The notes beneath the pieces are model-generated. The model did no database searches and was not told the DNA's origin. It saw nothing but the letters and a program-made list of their open reading frames with translations. From a virus (lineage: Duplodnaviria; Caudoviricetes), in IMG/VR virus record IMGVR_UViG_3300036832_000602, positions 1 through 54,965 of that record: 54,965 nt of DNA; one strand, written 5' to 3'. Shown here piece after piece: positions 9,707-19,561 of this stretch. The stretch's first letter is position 1; each line of letters starts with the position of its first letter. The translations under genes and the position numbers were made by a program.

Positions 9707-10149
9707 TGGCTAATCCTACCTAACACACGCATCTTCCGACACTCATGGCATTCCCGATGACCTCGCTTGGTTATGTAGGTATTCTCGGGCGTGAACTCAT
9801 GCCCTCGCTTGCAGTGCGTCTTCTCTCCGTTCCAACTTCGGTAATAACCATGAGCTACTACGTCCCTTGCATTATCTTGGGGAGTGCCCAAATAGAGATG
9901 GTCAAGAAGTACACAAGGTGGATTATCACAAAGATGAAGCACGTGTTTTCTGTCAGTGATCGGCCCACGAAGCAATATCCACCCTGCCCTATGAGCATTC
10001 ATCACTCTGCCCTGATAATGAAAGGCTCCATATAAACCCAAACGACCGCCTGTCCACTCCCGGCATCCAGTTACCGGATCTGCCTTTCCTACGTACGACC
10101 ACCACCTCTCCTCAGGTGTGGCACCTCTTAGAAATACTCCTCTCGTCAT
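9703..10149 (-). CDS. HNH homing endonuclease
   Basis: GCREWTG, AHRAGW, VLHLCDNPPC..DHLYLGTPQDN, KTHCKRGH...CHEC; lower GC. Confidence 0.9.
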   Translation of the reverse strand: MTRGVFLRGATPEERWWSYVGKADPVTGCREWTGGRLGLYGAFHYQGRVMNAHRAGWILLRGPITDRKHVLHLCDNPPCVLLDHLYLGTPQDNARDVVAHGYYRSWNGEKTHCKRGHEFTPENTYITKRGHRECHECRKMRVLGRISQ

Positions 10150-11192
10150 CACCCTGTCCCCAAGTAGTCGCACTCCACGGCAGTTGTATAGGCAAACCCA
10201 ACGGTGTAGGCCAGGCTGCCTGGGGTGGTAAGACCACCTACCTGCAGGTTGTCCCCTATCACGCACCTCATAACTGCTACTGCAGTAACAGAAACAGTCG
10301 AAGCTGTAGGTGCTGTTATACGGTGCTCCACTTTCCTAAATCCTGTCTGCCAGAGGTCTATGAGCGACACCTGGTTGACTGCCGTGGTGGTGCAGGTCAG
10401 CAAGCCCATCAGCCGCCATATACCTGGTACCGGGAGTATGAATCCGGTAGACGCTCCTACATACAGGCTGTAATCATCGAACTCTTTGCCATCCCAGGCA
10501 ATGTTGAGATTGCTCGCCTGCGAGGTGAGCGCGCCGTTACGATGCCACCTGGCATGGAGCACTTCGGTAGCACGCCTCCACGCGCCGCCGTTGATGCCAC
10601 CCTTGGCACACCACACTTCGTTGTTGGAGTCGGTGTAGTACTGGAATCCCGCGCCGGACGCCAGCGGCGGCGGCTGGACCTGATTCCACAGGACAGGACG
10701 GAAGTCCGTGATCTTGGCGTTCAGGATCGACGTGACCTGCGCGCTGACGAGGACCTGCGCCAGCTTGAGTTGGTTGGTCCCGATGGCGGGCACGCTGGCG
10801 GAGCCTGTGGCTGCCGCTGTGCCCTGGATCTTGGTGAACAGGAAGTCGTTGTTCTGCCCGCCGTCGATGAAGCCGTTGCGTACCTGCGCGACGATCACGT
10901 CGTAGCGCTCCTGGCCGGCGCCCGGCGCAGCCGAGATGATGACGTTCTCGACGGCATCCGACCAGAGGTAGTACGTCCCCTCGTTGGCCTGGAAGTTGCC
11001 CTGCAGAGCAGCGCGACCTGGCTGCACGTCCACCGACATGTTGGCGCCGGTCCCGCACTGCGTCACCTGGAAGGCGCCGTAGGAGAGCAGCAAGGAACTG
11101 ACGTTCGCCCCGAGGATGTCGCCGTGGAACATGCGGTCTGCGACCGCTGTGTAGGTCCCGAGCTGCTCGTACATCGGCGTGTAGCGTGTCAT
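10149..11192 (-). CDS. Tail fibre / minor tail paralog A (MTRY family, C1q-like C-terminus)
   Basis: [13 protein letters not shown]-domain; ends ECDYLGTG. Confidence 0.75.
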   Translation of the reverse strand: MTRYTPMYEQLGTYTAVADRMFHGDILGANVSSLLLSYGAFQVTQCGTGANMSVDVQPGRAALQGNFQANEGTYYLWSDAVENVIISAAPGAGQERYDVIVAQVRNGFIDGGQNNDFLFTKIQGTAAATGSASVPAIGTNQLKLAQVLVSAQVTSILNAKITDFRPVLWNQVQPPPLASGAGFQYYTDSNNEVWCAKGGINGGAWRRATEVLHARWHRNGALTSQASNLNIAWDGKEFDDYSLYVGASTGFILPVPGIWRLMGLLTCTTTAVNQVSLIDLWQTGFRKVEHRITAPTASTVSVTAVAVMRCVIGDNLQVGGLTTPGSLAYTVGFAYTTAVECDYLGTG

Positions 11193-11207
11193 TGCACGGT
11201 CCTTGCA

Positions 11208-12575
11208 CTAATATAAGAATGAATCATTCCATACGACCTGGCAGTGCGAGCCCGCTGACACCGAAGCTCCTGTGTACTTCAACCAGTTGTTCCCCGGCTT
11301 GATCGGGACCCATGACGACTTCGAGAGGTCGATGGTGTGGTAGGCGTCGGTGGTGCCGTCGATCGTGATCGTGCGCGCTCGTGCGTTGATCGTGACGTAG
11401 TGCCCACCAGCGAGTCCCATCGAGAGAGCGATCTGGCCGAGCACGAAGACACCGGTGGAATCCGTCAGGGCGATGACCGGGTTGGTGCAGGGTCCGTAGA
11501 TCGTGTAGATAGGCCACGCCGGGATCAGCCCGCTCGACCACACGTTGACCGTGCCTGATCCAGACGGGTACATCAGACCGTAGATACGCGGGTAGGTGCG
11601 GCCACCGGCACCCGTCGCGCTGGCGATGTCCGCGACGCTCTCGGACAGCGCCTGTGAGATCGGGTCAGCCGCCCACTGGATCTGGAAGCCGAAGGTCGAA
11701 GGTGAGTTCGCCGTGCGCTGGACGGCAGCCAGGCGCAGGTTGGTCAGCTTGCGCGCCCCCACGTCGAGGTCGATGGCGTACGAGAGCGTGCTGCGGATGC
11801 CGGGGTCGAGGAACGGCGCCAGCCGCTCCCAGGCCACTGACCTTGACTGGCTGCCGATACCGAAGCAGGTGCCGGTGATGTTGACGACACGCTGGCTGAA
11901 GAAGCGAGTGAGGTCGTCGGCACCGTTCATCTGGCTGTGGTCGTAGACGACCTCTCGCACGGTCGGACCACCGAGGTCCTTCGTGGCTATGGCGATGCCG
12001 TTCTCCCAGGTCCTGGCGGGACTCATGTCGAGCGTGATGGTGCCGGAGCTGATCTGGAACAACTGGCTGGCGACCATGCCGGCGCCCTGGCCGGTGGCAG
12101 GCGGCTGCGCTCCCTGGCTGACGCTGGCGTAGTCGAGGTAGTGGACCTCGTTGGCGGCGGCGCTCGGGATGGTGACGACCACTCGCACGTAGGCGGCGTT
12201 GCCGGGGGAGAGGTCCAGCAGCAGCAGCTCCGCCCACTGGCCGGAGCGCTCCGGCGCTGCGACCTGGTCGCTGGAGCTGATGTAAGTGTTGCTGATGTCG
12301 TAGTACAGGGCGTACATGCTCACGGTGCGCAGCGGCTGGCCCGACGCCCCGAGCACCCACAGGGCGAAGCTGTAGTACGTGCTCCCGAGGACACCACCCT
12401 GGCCGGACTCGACCTGCACCTCGCCGTTGGCGATCGCCGAGTACTGCAGGCAGTGCGAGCCGTCGTAGGCGATCCCGGCCCGATTGGCGATGGCAGCGTT
12501 GGTCATCGGCACCCAGGAGCCTGTGGTCCCGCCCTCGAAGGAGGAGTTCTCCGCCGACATCAGGTTCGTGCCCAT
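11208..12575 (-). CDS. Distal tail (Dit-like) protein with N-terminal carbohydrate-binding-like domain
   Basis: Follows tape measure; NLMSAENSSFEGGT..W (CBM4/9-like) N-domain; PIYTIYGPCTNP..IKPGNN Dit-type C-domain. Confidence 0.7.
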   Translation of the reverse strand: MGTNLMSAENSSFEGGTTGSWVPMTNAAIANRAGIAYDGSHCLQYSAIANGEVQVESGQGGVLGSTYYSFALWVLGASGQPLRTVSMYALYYDISNTYISSSDQVAAPERSGQWAELLLLDLSPGNAAYVRVVVTIPSAAANEVHYLDYASVSQGAQPPATGQGAGMVASQLFQISSGTITLDMSPARTWENGIAIATKDLGGPTVREVVYDHSQMNGADDLTRFFSQRVVNITGTCFGIGSQSRSVAWERLAPFLDPGIRSTLSYAIDLDVGARKLTNLRLAAVQRTANSPSTFGFQIQWAADPISQALSESVADIASATGAGGRTYPRIYGLMYPSGSGTVNVWSSGLIPAWPIYTIYGPCTNPVIALTDSTGVFVLGQIALSMGLAGGHYVTINARARTITIDGTTDAYHTIDLSKSSWVPIKPGNNWLKYTGASVSAGSHCQVVWNDSFLY

Positions 12576-15500
12576 CAGCCTGCCGTTCTACCAGACTGGA
12601 GTAGGAAGTCAGCCTGATTCATCAGCGTCTTCAAGTTAGCCTGGTTGTTGAAGTGCGCTGTGTTGATATGGACCGCAGGGACCTGCCGAGCGGAAGCGTT
12701 GGAAGCAGATATAGACTGAGCCGAAGCCTTGGCTGCAGCCGCACTCTGTCCGATGCTGGCTGCCTGATTGGAAGCATTGGTAGCAGCGGCATTGATCTGT
12801 GCTGACAAGTTGCTGACCTGATTCGCTACACCCTGGATGATGCTGATGACCTGTGAAGCCCACGACTGGATGAGGCTGACGCCACTCTCCAGACCGTTGT
12901 AGAGCCCGGTCACGATCGCAGTGCCTGCCGCGGTAAGCCAACCGCTGGCGCTGGCGAAATATCCCTTGACCTTCGTCGGCACGCTTGTGAGCCAGGGCAC
13001 GACGTTCGCTGACCAGCTCGCCGTTACCCCCGTGTAAAAGCCGTGTATGACGTTGTGCCCGGCAGGAGTCAACCACTGACCGGCGCCACCGGTTGTGAAG
13101 TGCTGGGTCACCTTCGACTTCACGCTATCGAGCCAAGGAACCACGCTACTGGTCCAGCCTGTCGCCAGACCCCTGTGGAAGCCTTCGATGACGTGGTGCC
13201 CCACGGGGGTCAGCCATTGCCCGGCGCCACCGGCTGTGAAGTGCTGGGTGACCTTGCTCTTGATGCTCGTCAGCCAGGGGACGACGCTCGAAGTCCAGCC
13301 GGTGGTGAGTCCCTTGTGGAAGCCTTCGATGACGTGGTGGGCCACAGGGGTGAGCCACTGGCCGGCGCCATGGACGTGGCTGGAGACCTTACTCTTGATC
13401 GATTGCAGCCAGGGGACCACGTTGCTGCTCCAGCCTGTGGTCAAGCCCTTCGTGAACCCCCGCACCGCGTCGTGGCCGGCAGGGGTCAGCCAGTTCTTAC
13501 CGATGTTCGGCGGCGTCTTCATGTGTGTCGTGAGCGCGCTCGTCACGAGGTGCCAGTTCGAGCTAACCCCGTGCGCTACCCCGGCCACCATCGCCTTGCC
13601 CATGGCGGCGTACGACGGAGCACCCTTGACCCCGGCAGTTACTGCTCCTGGGACGCCATGGATATGTGGCAAACCTGCTATACCAGGATGTGTACGTAGG
13701 TAGTTTGCAGCCCACTCCTGCCCGGTCGGGGGAGTTTTGCCTATCCGCTTGTCATGGGCAACCAGAGCGTCATACATTCTCTTCGCCGCTGCATCCCGCT
13801 TAGTGTTCTCAGCAGCGCTCGCTGTCCCGCCCCAGGCTGGGCCACGCCCCTTGTTGATCTCGTTCCAGAGCCAGGAGAAGGGGTCCATCCCACCGCGGGT
13901 AGCCGAGAGGTCGGGTCCAGGAAGCTGACCCTTCAACCCCAACAGGCGTCTGTCCCTGGCGATTGCCCGCAATATAGACGCAGAATAGGTCGGTATAGTA
14001 CCGCCTCCTGCAGCTATTGCAGTCGGCTCAGCGGCAGGACCGAAGCCATACATGGAGTGCCACAAGGCGAGGTTAGACCTATAGGACTGGAACATTGGGT
14101 TGTTTGTCAGCTTGCCCAACTGATACTGCAATCCAGCACGTGAAAGCAGAGGCTTTTCCCTGGGAAGACCACCGGGGGCACCGAGGCTGAATACGGCAGC
14201 GTTCCACAAACGCTGGAACTCCGACTTGTAAGCCGGAATGAGCGGAGGCGCACCCTGTAGGTACCCCAGAGCAGGATCAATAGCCTTACGGATTTTGGCA
14301 TACTGCGTGGGATGCCTCATCTCGTAGCGGAGTGCGTATATATCTTCGAGCACTGATCTCTGCGCAGAATCTGAGAGGCCACTGCTCTTCTGGAGATCCT
14401 TTATTTGCGTCTGCATGGCTTTCTGCCATGCGTTCAATCCGCTAGCTTGTATTTGCCCATGCGGACCCCTTATAGCCAGTGGACCTTTCGCCGGTGGGGA
14501 GATGTCGGGAACAGCGGAGGCAGCATTGATGGCTGCCATGTCCTGGTTGACTCCGGTGATGTAGCCAACTACATGTCTTGCCCACTTCCCGACAGCAGTA
14601 TCCTTGTAGAGATAAGTGCCAAAAGAATAACCAGCGAGAAAAGCAGTTATGCCAGCCCCCAGCGCCGCAGCGAATCTAGCTGCCATAAGGCGACCAGAGA
14701 CTCTAGCTACCGCAACATCTGCTACGCCAAGGTTGCCGGCGATGCCAGTTGCTGCCGTTCCTGCTGCTCCTCTTGCCGCCGCCGCTGTCGCCGCCGCCTT
14801 GCCAGGGAAGAGTAAGCCGCCAATAGCGCCCTCGCCCCTCAATAACTTCAATCCTGCCGCCGCGAGGGTAAAGGCACCCATCTGCTTGGCGAAGAACGCC
14901 AGCGTACCTGCAGCAATTAGCAACTTCCCGAAAGGAAGATCAAGAAGCGTCTTGAGGAGGCCGATGACAGTCGTGAGTGCCCTCGTAAGCGTGGGACCTA
15001 CGGCAAGCTCGAACTTCACAAAGCCTGCAGCCAACTGTGGTATCAAGCCAAGGAGCGCAAGAACCTCGGCTTTGTGTGCCACCAAGAAGTCGTGGATGGC
15101 CTTGAAGCCAGCAGGAGACTTCAGGTAGGTATGTAGCTTTTGCAGCTCACTGGTCATCCATGCAATGATCCCCCGGCCAGTGTGCGGATCAGCCCTGAAC
15201 AGCAGGGCGAGGTCCTCGATCGCCACCTTGACCAAGCCAGCCACCTGGTGAAACATGTCCAGAAGATGTTGTAACTTAGTCTCAAACCAAGAAGTTCCCT
15301 GTGGAGTATTCAGCCACTTGACCCACTTGTTGAGCGTGTTGAGGACGCCGCCCGTGTGCGTGGCGAGGAAATCGAGAGCCTTGATGAGAACCTCGATACC
15401 GTTGGTGAAGATGCTCATCGAAGTCGGTAGCTGCTTCTGGAAATGCTGTTCGAGCTGGGTGAAGATCGCCAGTCCCGGACCAGATATCCACTTGAGCAAC

Positions 15501-16744
15501 GGCTGCAAAGCCGTCTGGATGATCTTCATGTTCTGGGCAGCGAACCTGCCGATAGTCGGCAGGAATCCCTCGCCGACCTTGACAAGCTGGTTGATGATCT
15601 GGGCGCCAGTTTTCTCGGCTGGCCCTGTGACCTGATCGAATATTCGCTTGAACGTTTGGATCTGGTTCGCCGCAGCCAGCACGGCTCCCCTGGCAACCGG
15701 GCTGAACGACTTCAGGTCTGCGGTGAGTTGCGCCTGCGCGTGCGCCGCCTGCAGGGAGTTCTTGCCATAGACGGCGTTCGCCTGGCTCAGAGCAGTCATG
15801 TCTGCGGTGACCATGCGGATGTCACCCGACGCCTGCCCGATGCCGGCGAGGTCGGTGCCCATCCCCACAGCAGCAGTCGTGAGCATCCCCAGACCGGCGA
15901 GGGCACCACCGAGCAACCCGCCTCCGAACGTAGCCAAAACAGCCGTGGAGGTTATGAGCAGGTGCTCCATACTGATACCCGCGAGGGCTGCCAGAGACCC
16001 GAAGTGGCCCATGGCACTGGCCATGCCGCCGATTATTGGTATGCCAGCTCCCCACGCTGGCGTAGCTCCTCCCCTCAAAAAGCTCGCCAGGCCACCAAAG
16101 GCGCCACCCTGGCCACCGGTGACGCCGCCTGCGCCTGCGCCGAACAAGGTGGTGGTCAGTGGCACGCCAACGGCGAAGCGGCTGATGTCCCTGCCTGCGG
16201 AAGCGCCAACTCCAAGGATCTGGCGGAGAATGCCTGGCCTTGCTGCTGCCCCAACAGCCGGTGTCACCACCGGGACGACAGGGACAGTGATCGGGCGCGA
16301 CTGTGCCCTGCGGAACGCGCTCAGGGTCGCACCGGCGAAGGTGAGCCCGGTGATGTTGAGGTTGAGGTCGAGCGGCTTCGCTCTCAGCTCGCTCCTGAGA
16401 GCATCGAGCACGGCCTTGGCGCGAGCTATGTCGGCAGCGATGACCTCTGGAGAGACTGGAACATGGACAGCCTCACCAAGAGCGTTGACAGCAAAATGCG
16501 ACTCAGCATGAGCCGTCCTGTCAACGGTCGGCTCGATAATGACGGGGATATCCTCGCCAATGGTGTTCAGAAAACGGCGAGTTTCCTCGCTCATCTTCTG
16601 GTCTACACTGATCTCGACCTTTTTGACGATCGGGTCGCGCTCAAACGCCTCTGCGCGGCGCTGTGCATCGCGCAGGCCCGCGATGAATGGATCCTCGTTG
16701 AGGATGAGTGTGGCTTCGATCGAGCCTGCGTCAAACTGAGCCAT
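12575..16744 (-). CDS. Tape measure protein
   Basis: 1389 aa, Ala/Gly-rich and helical, FDAGSIEATL start, ~44-aa W-spaced repeats, follows the chaperone genes. Confidence 0.9.
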   Translation of the reverse strand: MAQFDAGSIEATLILNEDPFIAGLRDAQRRAEAFERDPIVKKVEISVDQKMSEETRRFLNTIGEDIPVIIEPTVDRTAHAESHFAVNALGEAVHVPVSPEVIAADIARAKAVLDALRSELRAKPLDLNLNITGLTFAGATLSAFRRAQSRPITVPVVPVVTPAVGAAARPGILRQILGVGASAGRDISRFAVGVPLTTTLFGAGAGGVTGGQGGAFGGLASFLRGGATPAWGAGIPIIGGMASAMGHFGSLAALAGISMEHLLITSTAVLATFGGGLLGGALAGLGMLTTAAVGMGTDLAGIGQASGDIRMVTADMTALSQANAVYGKNSLQAAHAQAQLTADLKSFSPVARGAVLAAANQIQTFKRIFDQVTGPAEKTGAQIINQLVKVGEGFLPTIGRFAAQNMKIIQTALQPLLKWISGPGLAIFTQLEQHFQKQLPTSMSIFTNGIEVLIKALDFLATHTGGVLNTLNKWVKWLNTPQGTSWFETKLQHLLDMFHQVAGLVKVAIEDLALLFRADPHTGRGIIAWMTSELQKLHTYLKSPAGFKAIHDFLVAHKAEVLALLGLIPQLAAGFVKFELAVGPTLTRALTTVIGLLKTLLDLPFGKLLIAAGTLAFFAKQMGAFTLAAAGLKLLRGEGAIGGLLFPGKAAATAAAARGAAGTAATGIAGNLGVADVAVARVSGRLMAARFAAALGAGITAFLAGYSFGTYLYKDTAVGKWARHVVGYITGVNQDMAAINAASAVPDISPPAKGPLAIRGPHGQIQASGLNAWQKAMQTQIKDLQKSSGLSDSAQRSVLEDIYALRYEMRHPTQYAKIRKAIDPALGYLQGAPPLIPAYKSEFQRLWNAAVFSLGAPGGLPREKPLLSRAGLQYQLGKLTNNPMFQSYRSNLALWHSMYGFGPAAEPTAIAAGGGTIPTYSASILRAIARDRRLLGLKGQLPGPDLSATRGGMDPFSWLWNEINKGRGPAWGGTASAAENTKRDAAAKRMYDALVAHDKRIGKTPPTGQEWAANYLRTHPGIAGLPHIHGVPGAVTAGVKGAPSYAAMGKAMVAGVAHGVSSNWHLVTSALTTHMKTPPNIGKNWLTPAGHDAVRGFTKGLTTGWSSNVVPWLQSIKSKVSSHVHGAGQWLTPVAHHVIEGFHKGLTTGWTSSVVPWLTSIKSKVTQHFTAGGAGQWLTPVGHHVIEGFHRGLATGWTSSVVPWLDSVKSKVTQHFTTGGAGQWLTPAGHNVIHGFYTGVTASWSANVVPWLTSVPTKVKGYFASASGWLTAAGTAIVTGLYNGLESGVSLIQSWASQVISIIQGVANQVSNLSAQINAAATNASNQAASIGQSAAAAKASAQSISASNASARQVPAVHINTAHFNNQANLKTLMNQADFLLQSGRTAG
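12935..13500 (-). repeat. ~44-aa tandem repeats in tape measure (WLTPxGHxVIxGFxxGLxTGWxSxVVPWLxSxKSKV), 4-5 copies
   Basis: Visible in protein and DNA. Confidence 0.85.
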
Positions 16745-17003
16745 CGATCACCCTCAATCCCATTGCTGCATACTGCCTGGAATCAGCCCCTAGAGGATCG
16801 TCCTCCCAACCGCCTTGCTGCTTCTCGCCGTAGGTGAGCACCCCTTCCTGCTCCAGCCCATCGACGTAGGCGCGTTGCACCCACCAGGGAGTGTCACGCC
16901 ACTCCTGGTACGACATCTTGAGGTACCGTCTCGCCAGGTACAGCAAGACACGCTCGGACGGCCCGCCACTCAGTTGTTCGTAACGGGCCTCGGTGCTTCC
17001 GGG
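16731..17003 (-). CDS. Tail assembly chaperone, -1 frameshift extension (GT-like)
   Basis: Open -1 frame overlapping the chaperone 3' end, with LYLARRYLKMSYQEWRDTPWW. Confidence 0.65.
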   Translation of the reverse strand, partial: PGSTEARYEQLSGGPSERVLLYLARRYLKMSYQEWRDTPWWVQRAYVDGLEQEGVLTYGEKQQGGWEDDPLGADSRQYAAMGLRVIDGSV

Positions 17004-17365
17004 GTTATGAGGCTCCCGAGGATCCAGCCGAGGAAGGCTTGCCTGGCGCGGAACGGGAGCGCGGACAGGTCGTCGTAGGACGGTTGGCCGGTACACACGT
17101 CTGCGATCATGTGCAGCACCTTCTCGTCCTGCTCGGTGGTGTCCTCGGAGAGCAGGCCCGACAACCGCTTGGCGTATTCCTTCGGCGGGAGCTTGTCTAG
17201 GTCGATCTCCTCGTTCTCGGCCATGCGCTCAACGAGCTGGGCCAGACCCTGCTTGAAGACCTGGATCTGGTACGCGGACGGCTCAGGGATCGTTCCCGAG
17301 CTGGCGTACGGCTCGAAGTTGTAGTCGAGAGTGGTGACCTCTTCTGAGAGTATGAAGCTGCCCAT
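16970..17365 (-). CDS. Tail assembly chaperone (G-like)
   Basis: Between major tail and tape measure; AGGAGG SD; ends ...TPEA... Confidence 0.75.
   Translation of the reverse strand: MGSFILSEEVTTLDYNFEPYASSGTIPEPSAYQIQVFKQGLAQLVERMAENEEIDLDKLPPKEYAKRLSGLLSEDTTEQDEKVLHMIADVCTGQPSYDDLSALPFRARQAFLGWILGSLITPEAPRPVTNN
16997..17003 (-). promoter_or_regulatory. Candidate -1 programmed frameshift site C-CCG-GAA
   Basis: CCCGGAA at Pro-Glu near the chaperone end links both frames. Confidence 0.55.
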
Positions 17366-17372
17366 GACCCTC

Positions 17373-18392
17373 CTACAGCGGGTTCGGCTTGTCGAAGTTG
17401 TAGATGGCGATCTGGCCGATCGGGCACACCGAAGAGAAGTCCACGGTGTACATGCGTTTCGCCGTCGCACGCCGGAACGCAGCCGTTGCGTTGGCGAGAC
17501 ATGTCGCCTGCGGTATGTAGAGCCATCGTGGGACATTCCCGTACTTGGGGTTGACAGGGTTAGCCATGATGAGCGCCACCGCGTACAGAATCGGTGTGTC
17601 TGTGGGGGTCAACAGGTGGTAACCAGGCAAGGCTGCAGCCGAAGCAGTCGCTGTCGCTGCTTGGTTGAAGCCCGCGTTCATGTTGTAGGCCATAGCGAGG
17701 GTGCTGGTGATATCCTCGGCCATATCTCCCTGTACCGATAGTGTCTGTGTGGAGATCGTGGTCGCCACCGGAGTGGACTGCTCTTCGATGTTGATCTCCT
17801 GCGTCGTCTTGTTCGACACGAACGACCAGCCAGCGTCGGTGGAACCGATCGGGTGCCACCTGGCGTACGTGACAGTGACCTGAGTAGGAGCCGGAAGTAC
17901 TCCTACTTGCGCCCCCACAAACCATGCAATCGGCTGAACAACTTCCGAAAGGGTGATCGTGAACGGCTTGCTCTGTGAAGTAAGCAGACCGCCAGTGACC
18001 GAAATGTCGGTGATCTGAACCGGGAGCGCTGGCCCAATCGGATTGGTACCGTCCGCTGTCGGAGTAGTTAGGGCGTTGAAGATCGTCTGGTTGATGCCGA
18101 GAGGCGAGGCGGCTGGGGCGCTGGTGGCCGGTGCATTCCATGGTATTGGCGCCGTAGGGTACCAGTACCCGTTGTGGAGCATCCTGAGTATGTAAGTGCC
18201 TGCCGTGAGCGGCTTGACCGCAGATACGACAGCACCAGTCCACGGCGTCAGGGAGAACGGCTCCAAGAACCCAGCCGGATTGTTGCCGTTCAAGGCGGTG
18301 CTGGGCAGTGGAGCGGGAGTGTTAGCAGGAGCGATCATGCAAGCTGCCTGACCGACAACCACGTTATTTGTGCTGTAAAGCTGTCCTATCAT
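17373..18392 (-). CDS. Major tail (tube) protein with inserted domain
   Basis: VVVGQA..APA N-terminus, W..IGST..GW...EINIEEQ tube motif, synteny. Confidence 0.75.
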   Translation of the reverse strand: MIGQLYSTNNVVVGQAACMIAPANTPAPLPSTALNGNNPAGFLEPFSLTPWTGAVVSAVKPLTAGTYILRMLHNGYWYPTAPIPWNAPATSAPAASPLGINQTIFNALTTPTADGTNPIGPALPVQITDISVTGGLLTSQSKPFTITLSEVVQPIAWFVGAQVGVLPAPTQVTVTYARWHPIGSTDAGWSFVSNKTTQEINIEEQSTPVATTISTQTLSVQGDMAEDITSTLAMAYNMNAGFNQAATATASAAALPGYHLLTPTDTPILYAVALIMANPVNPKYGNVPRWLYIPQATCLANATAAFRRATAKRMYTVDFSSVCPIGQIAIYNFDKPNPL

Positions 18393-18655
18393 ACCGGCGG
18401 CCCCTGATTCACGAGAACGTTCAACGACGTGGCGTAAGTGTTCATGGCGGCAACGTTCGCTGCCAGAACGTCAGACGGAACTGTCGTTATGGTCACGGGC
18501 TGAGCTGTCGTCGCGTCGGGGATCGTCAGCGACACGATGTTCGGCAGATTTGTGGAGTCGATCCACATCGCCGCATCGCCAACGGCCTGCTGCTCCGGCG
18601 CTTCACCAGCGCGCTGCTCCGGGCCGTTCCTGGCCTTCTGCTCCTCGTTAGACAT
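18389..18655 (-). CDS. Hypothetical virion-module protein
   Basis: Coupled overlaps with both neighbours. Confidence 0.65.
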   Translation of the reverse strand: MSNEEQKARNGPEQRAGEAPEQQAVGDAAMWIDSTNLPNIVSLTIPDATTAQPVTITTVPSDVLAANVAAMNTYATSLNVLVNQGPPV

Positions 18656-19083
18656 CAGTATTCCACCTCCCAGATGTAGTTACAGAAGAAGTGATAGCGA
18701 TCACCATCATCCTTTAGGATCAGGGACGGACCTCCGCCCGCCCTCCATATATCTAATGTCCACTTGCCATTTATGAGCTGCGATATGTCAATCGACATCA
18801 TGGCTTTGTCGCAGTCCTGTGATAACTGCTCGCCGCTCTTGTAGTCCATCTGCACACCAACGGTGCGTATCTGCACGTTGGCCCTGTCGAAGAGCTGCTC
18901 GGCATCAAGCTGCGCCCCGAACATCGTGATGATGATGAGTTGCTGGGGCGAGATGTCGTTGGCGTCGACGGTAGGACCAGGACCAGGTACGAAGACCGGC
19001 ATCGGGTCGTAGCCGGCTTCTTGCAGGTAGCCAGTCAGCAGGAACACGACATCGTCGTAGCTAAGCACCGGGCCGCTTCCCAA
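18655..19083 (-). CDS. Tail terminator / minor capsid-like protein
   Basis: DRANVQIRTVG and DDGDRYHFFCNY motifs; synteny. Confidence 0.7.
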   Translation of the reverse strand: MGSGPVLSYDDVVFLLTGYLQEAGYDPMPVFVPGPGPTVDANDISPQQLIIITMFGAQLDAEQLFDRANVQIRTVGVQMDYKSGEQLSQDCDKAMMSIDISQLINGKWTLDIWRAGGGPSLILKDDGDRYHFFCNYIWEVEY

Positions 19084-19561
19084 AGGGGTTCCCGAACGGG
19101 ATCTTCGAGACGTGCGTCCACGGCACCGGGAACAGATCCTCCCAAGCCTCGTGGAGAGCGTCCAGCTCGGCGTCCGTCAGCCGCGGCATGTGCGGCGGTC
19201 GGTCGAAGACGGTCGTCCCGTTGTGAGTGACCCACGGGTGTGGGGACATCCGCAGGTTGCCCCACATGATCGGGGCGAGGGATGCCGAGTTGGTGGACAG
19301 CGCCTCGACAGCCTGGATCATCCCGGCTGTGGGGCCGGAACCGGAGAGCACAGTGGCAGAAACCATGCTCCAGTACGCATCCTCGCCACCCTTCAGCGCG
19401 ATGGTGAGGTAGAAAGCCTTTCCTCCCCGCGGGTGCCGGTAACGAGTATTGACGTGCTGGATATGGGCGTATACCTGGTTGAACTCGACATGGCCGACGA
19501 TCTGCCCGGTGCCGACCTCGTTGATGAGTTCCTCGATGCGCATGACGAAGGTGCCGGCCAT
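19061..19561 (-). CDS. Head-tail completion protein (HK97 gp10-like)
   Basis: VYAHIQH...HPRGGKAFYL motif; TGATG-coupled start MAGTF. Confidence 0.65.
   Translation of the reverse strand: MAGTFVMRIEELINEVGTGQIVGHVEFNQVYAHIQHVNTRYRHPRGGKAFYLTIALKGGEDAYWSMVSATVLSGSGPTAGMIQAVEALSTNSASLAPIMWGNLRMSPHPWVTHNGTTVFDRPPHMPRLTDAELDALHEAWEDLFPVPWTHVSKIPFGNPFGKRPGA

Noticed and set aside
5110-11192. Diversity-generating retroelement acting on tail fibres
   Set aside because: No reverse transcriptase and no near-identical TR/VR pair with adenine-specific mismatches seen
12935-13500. Tape measure tandem repeats as a novel element
   Set aside because: Trp-spaced repeats in multiples of 11 residues are normal for tape measure proteins
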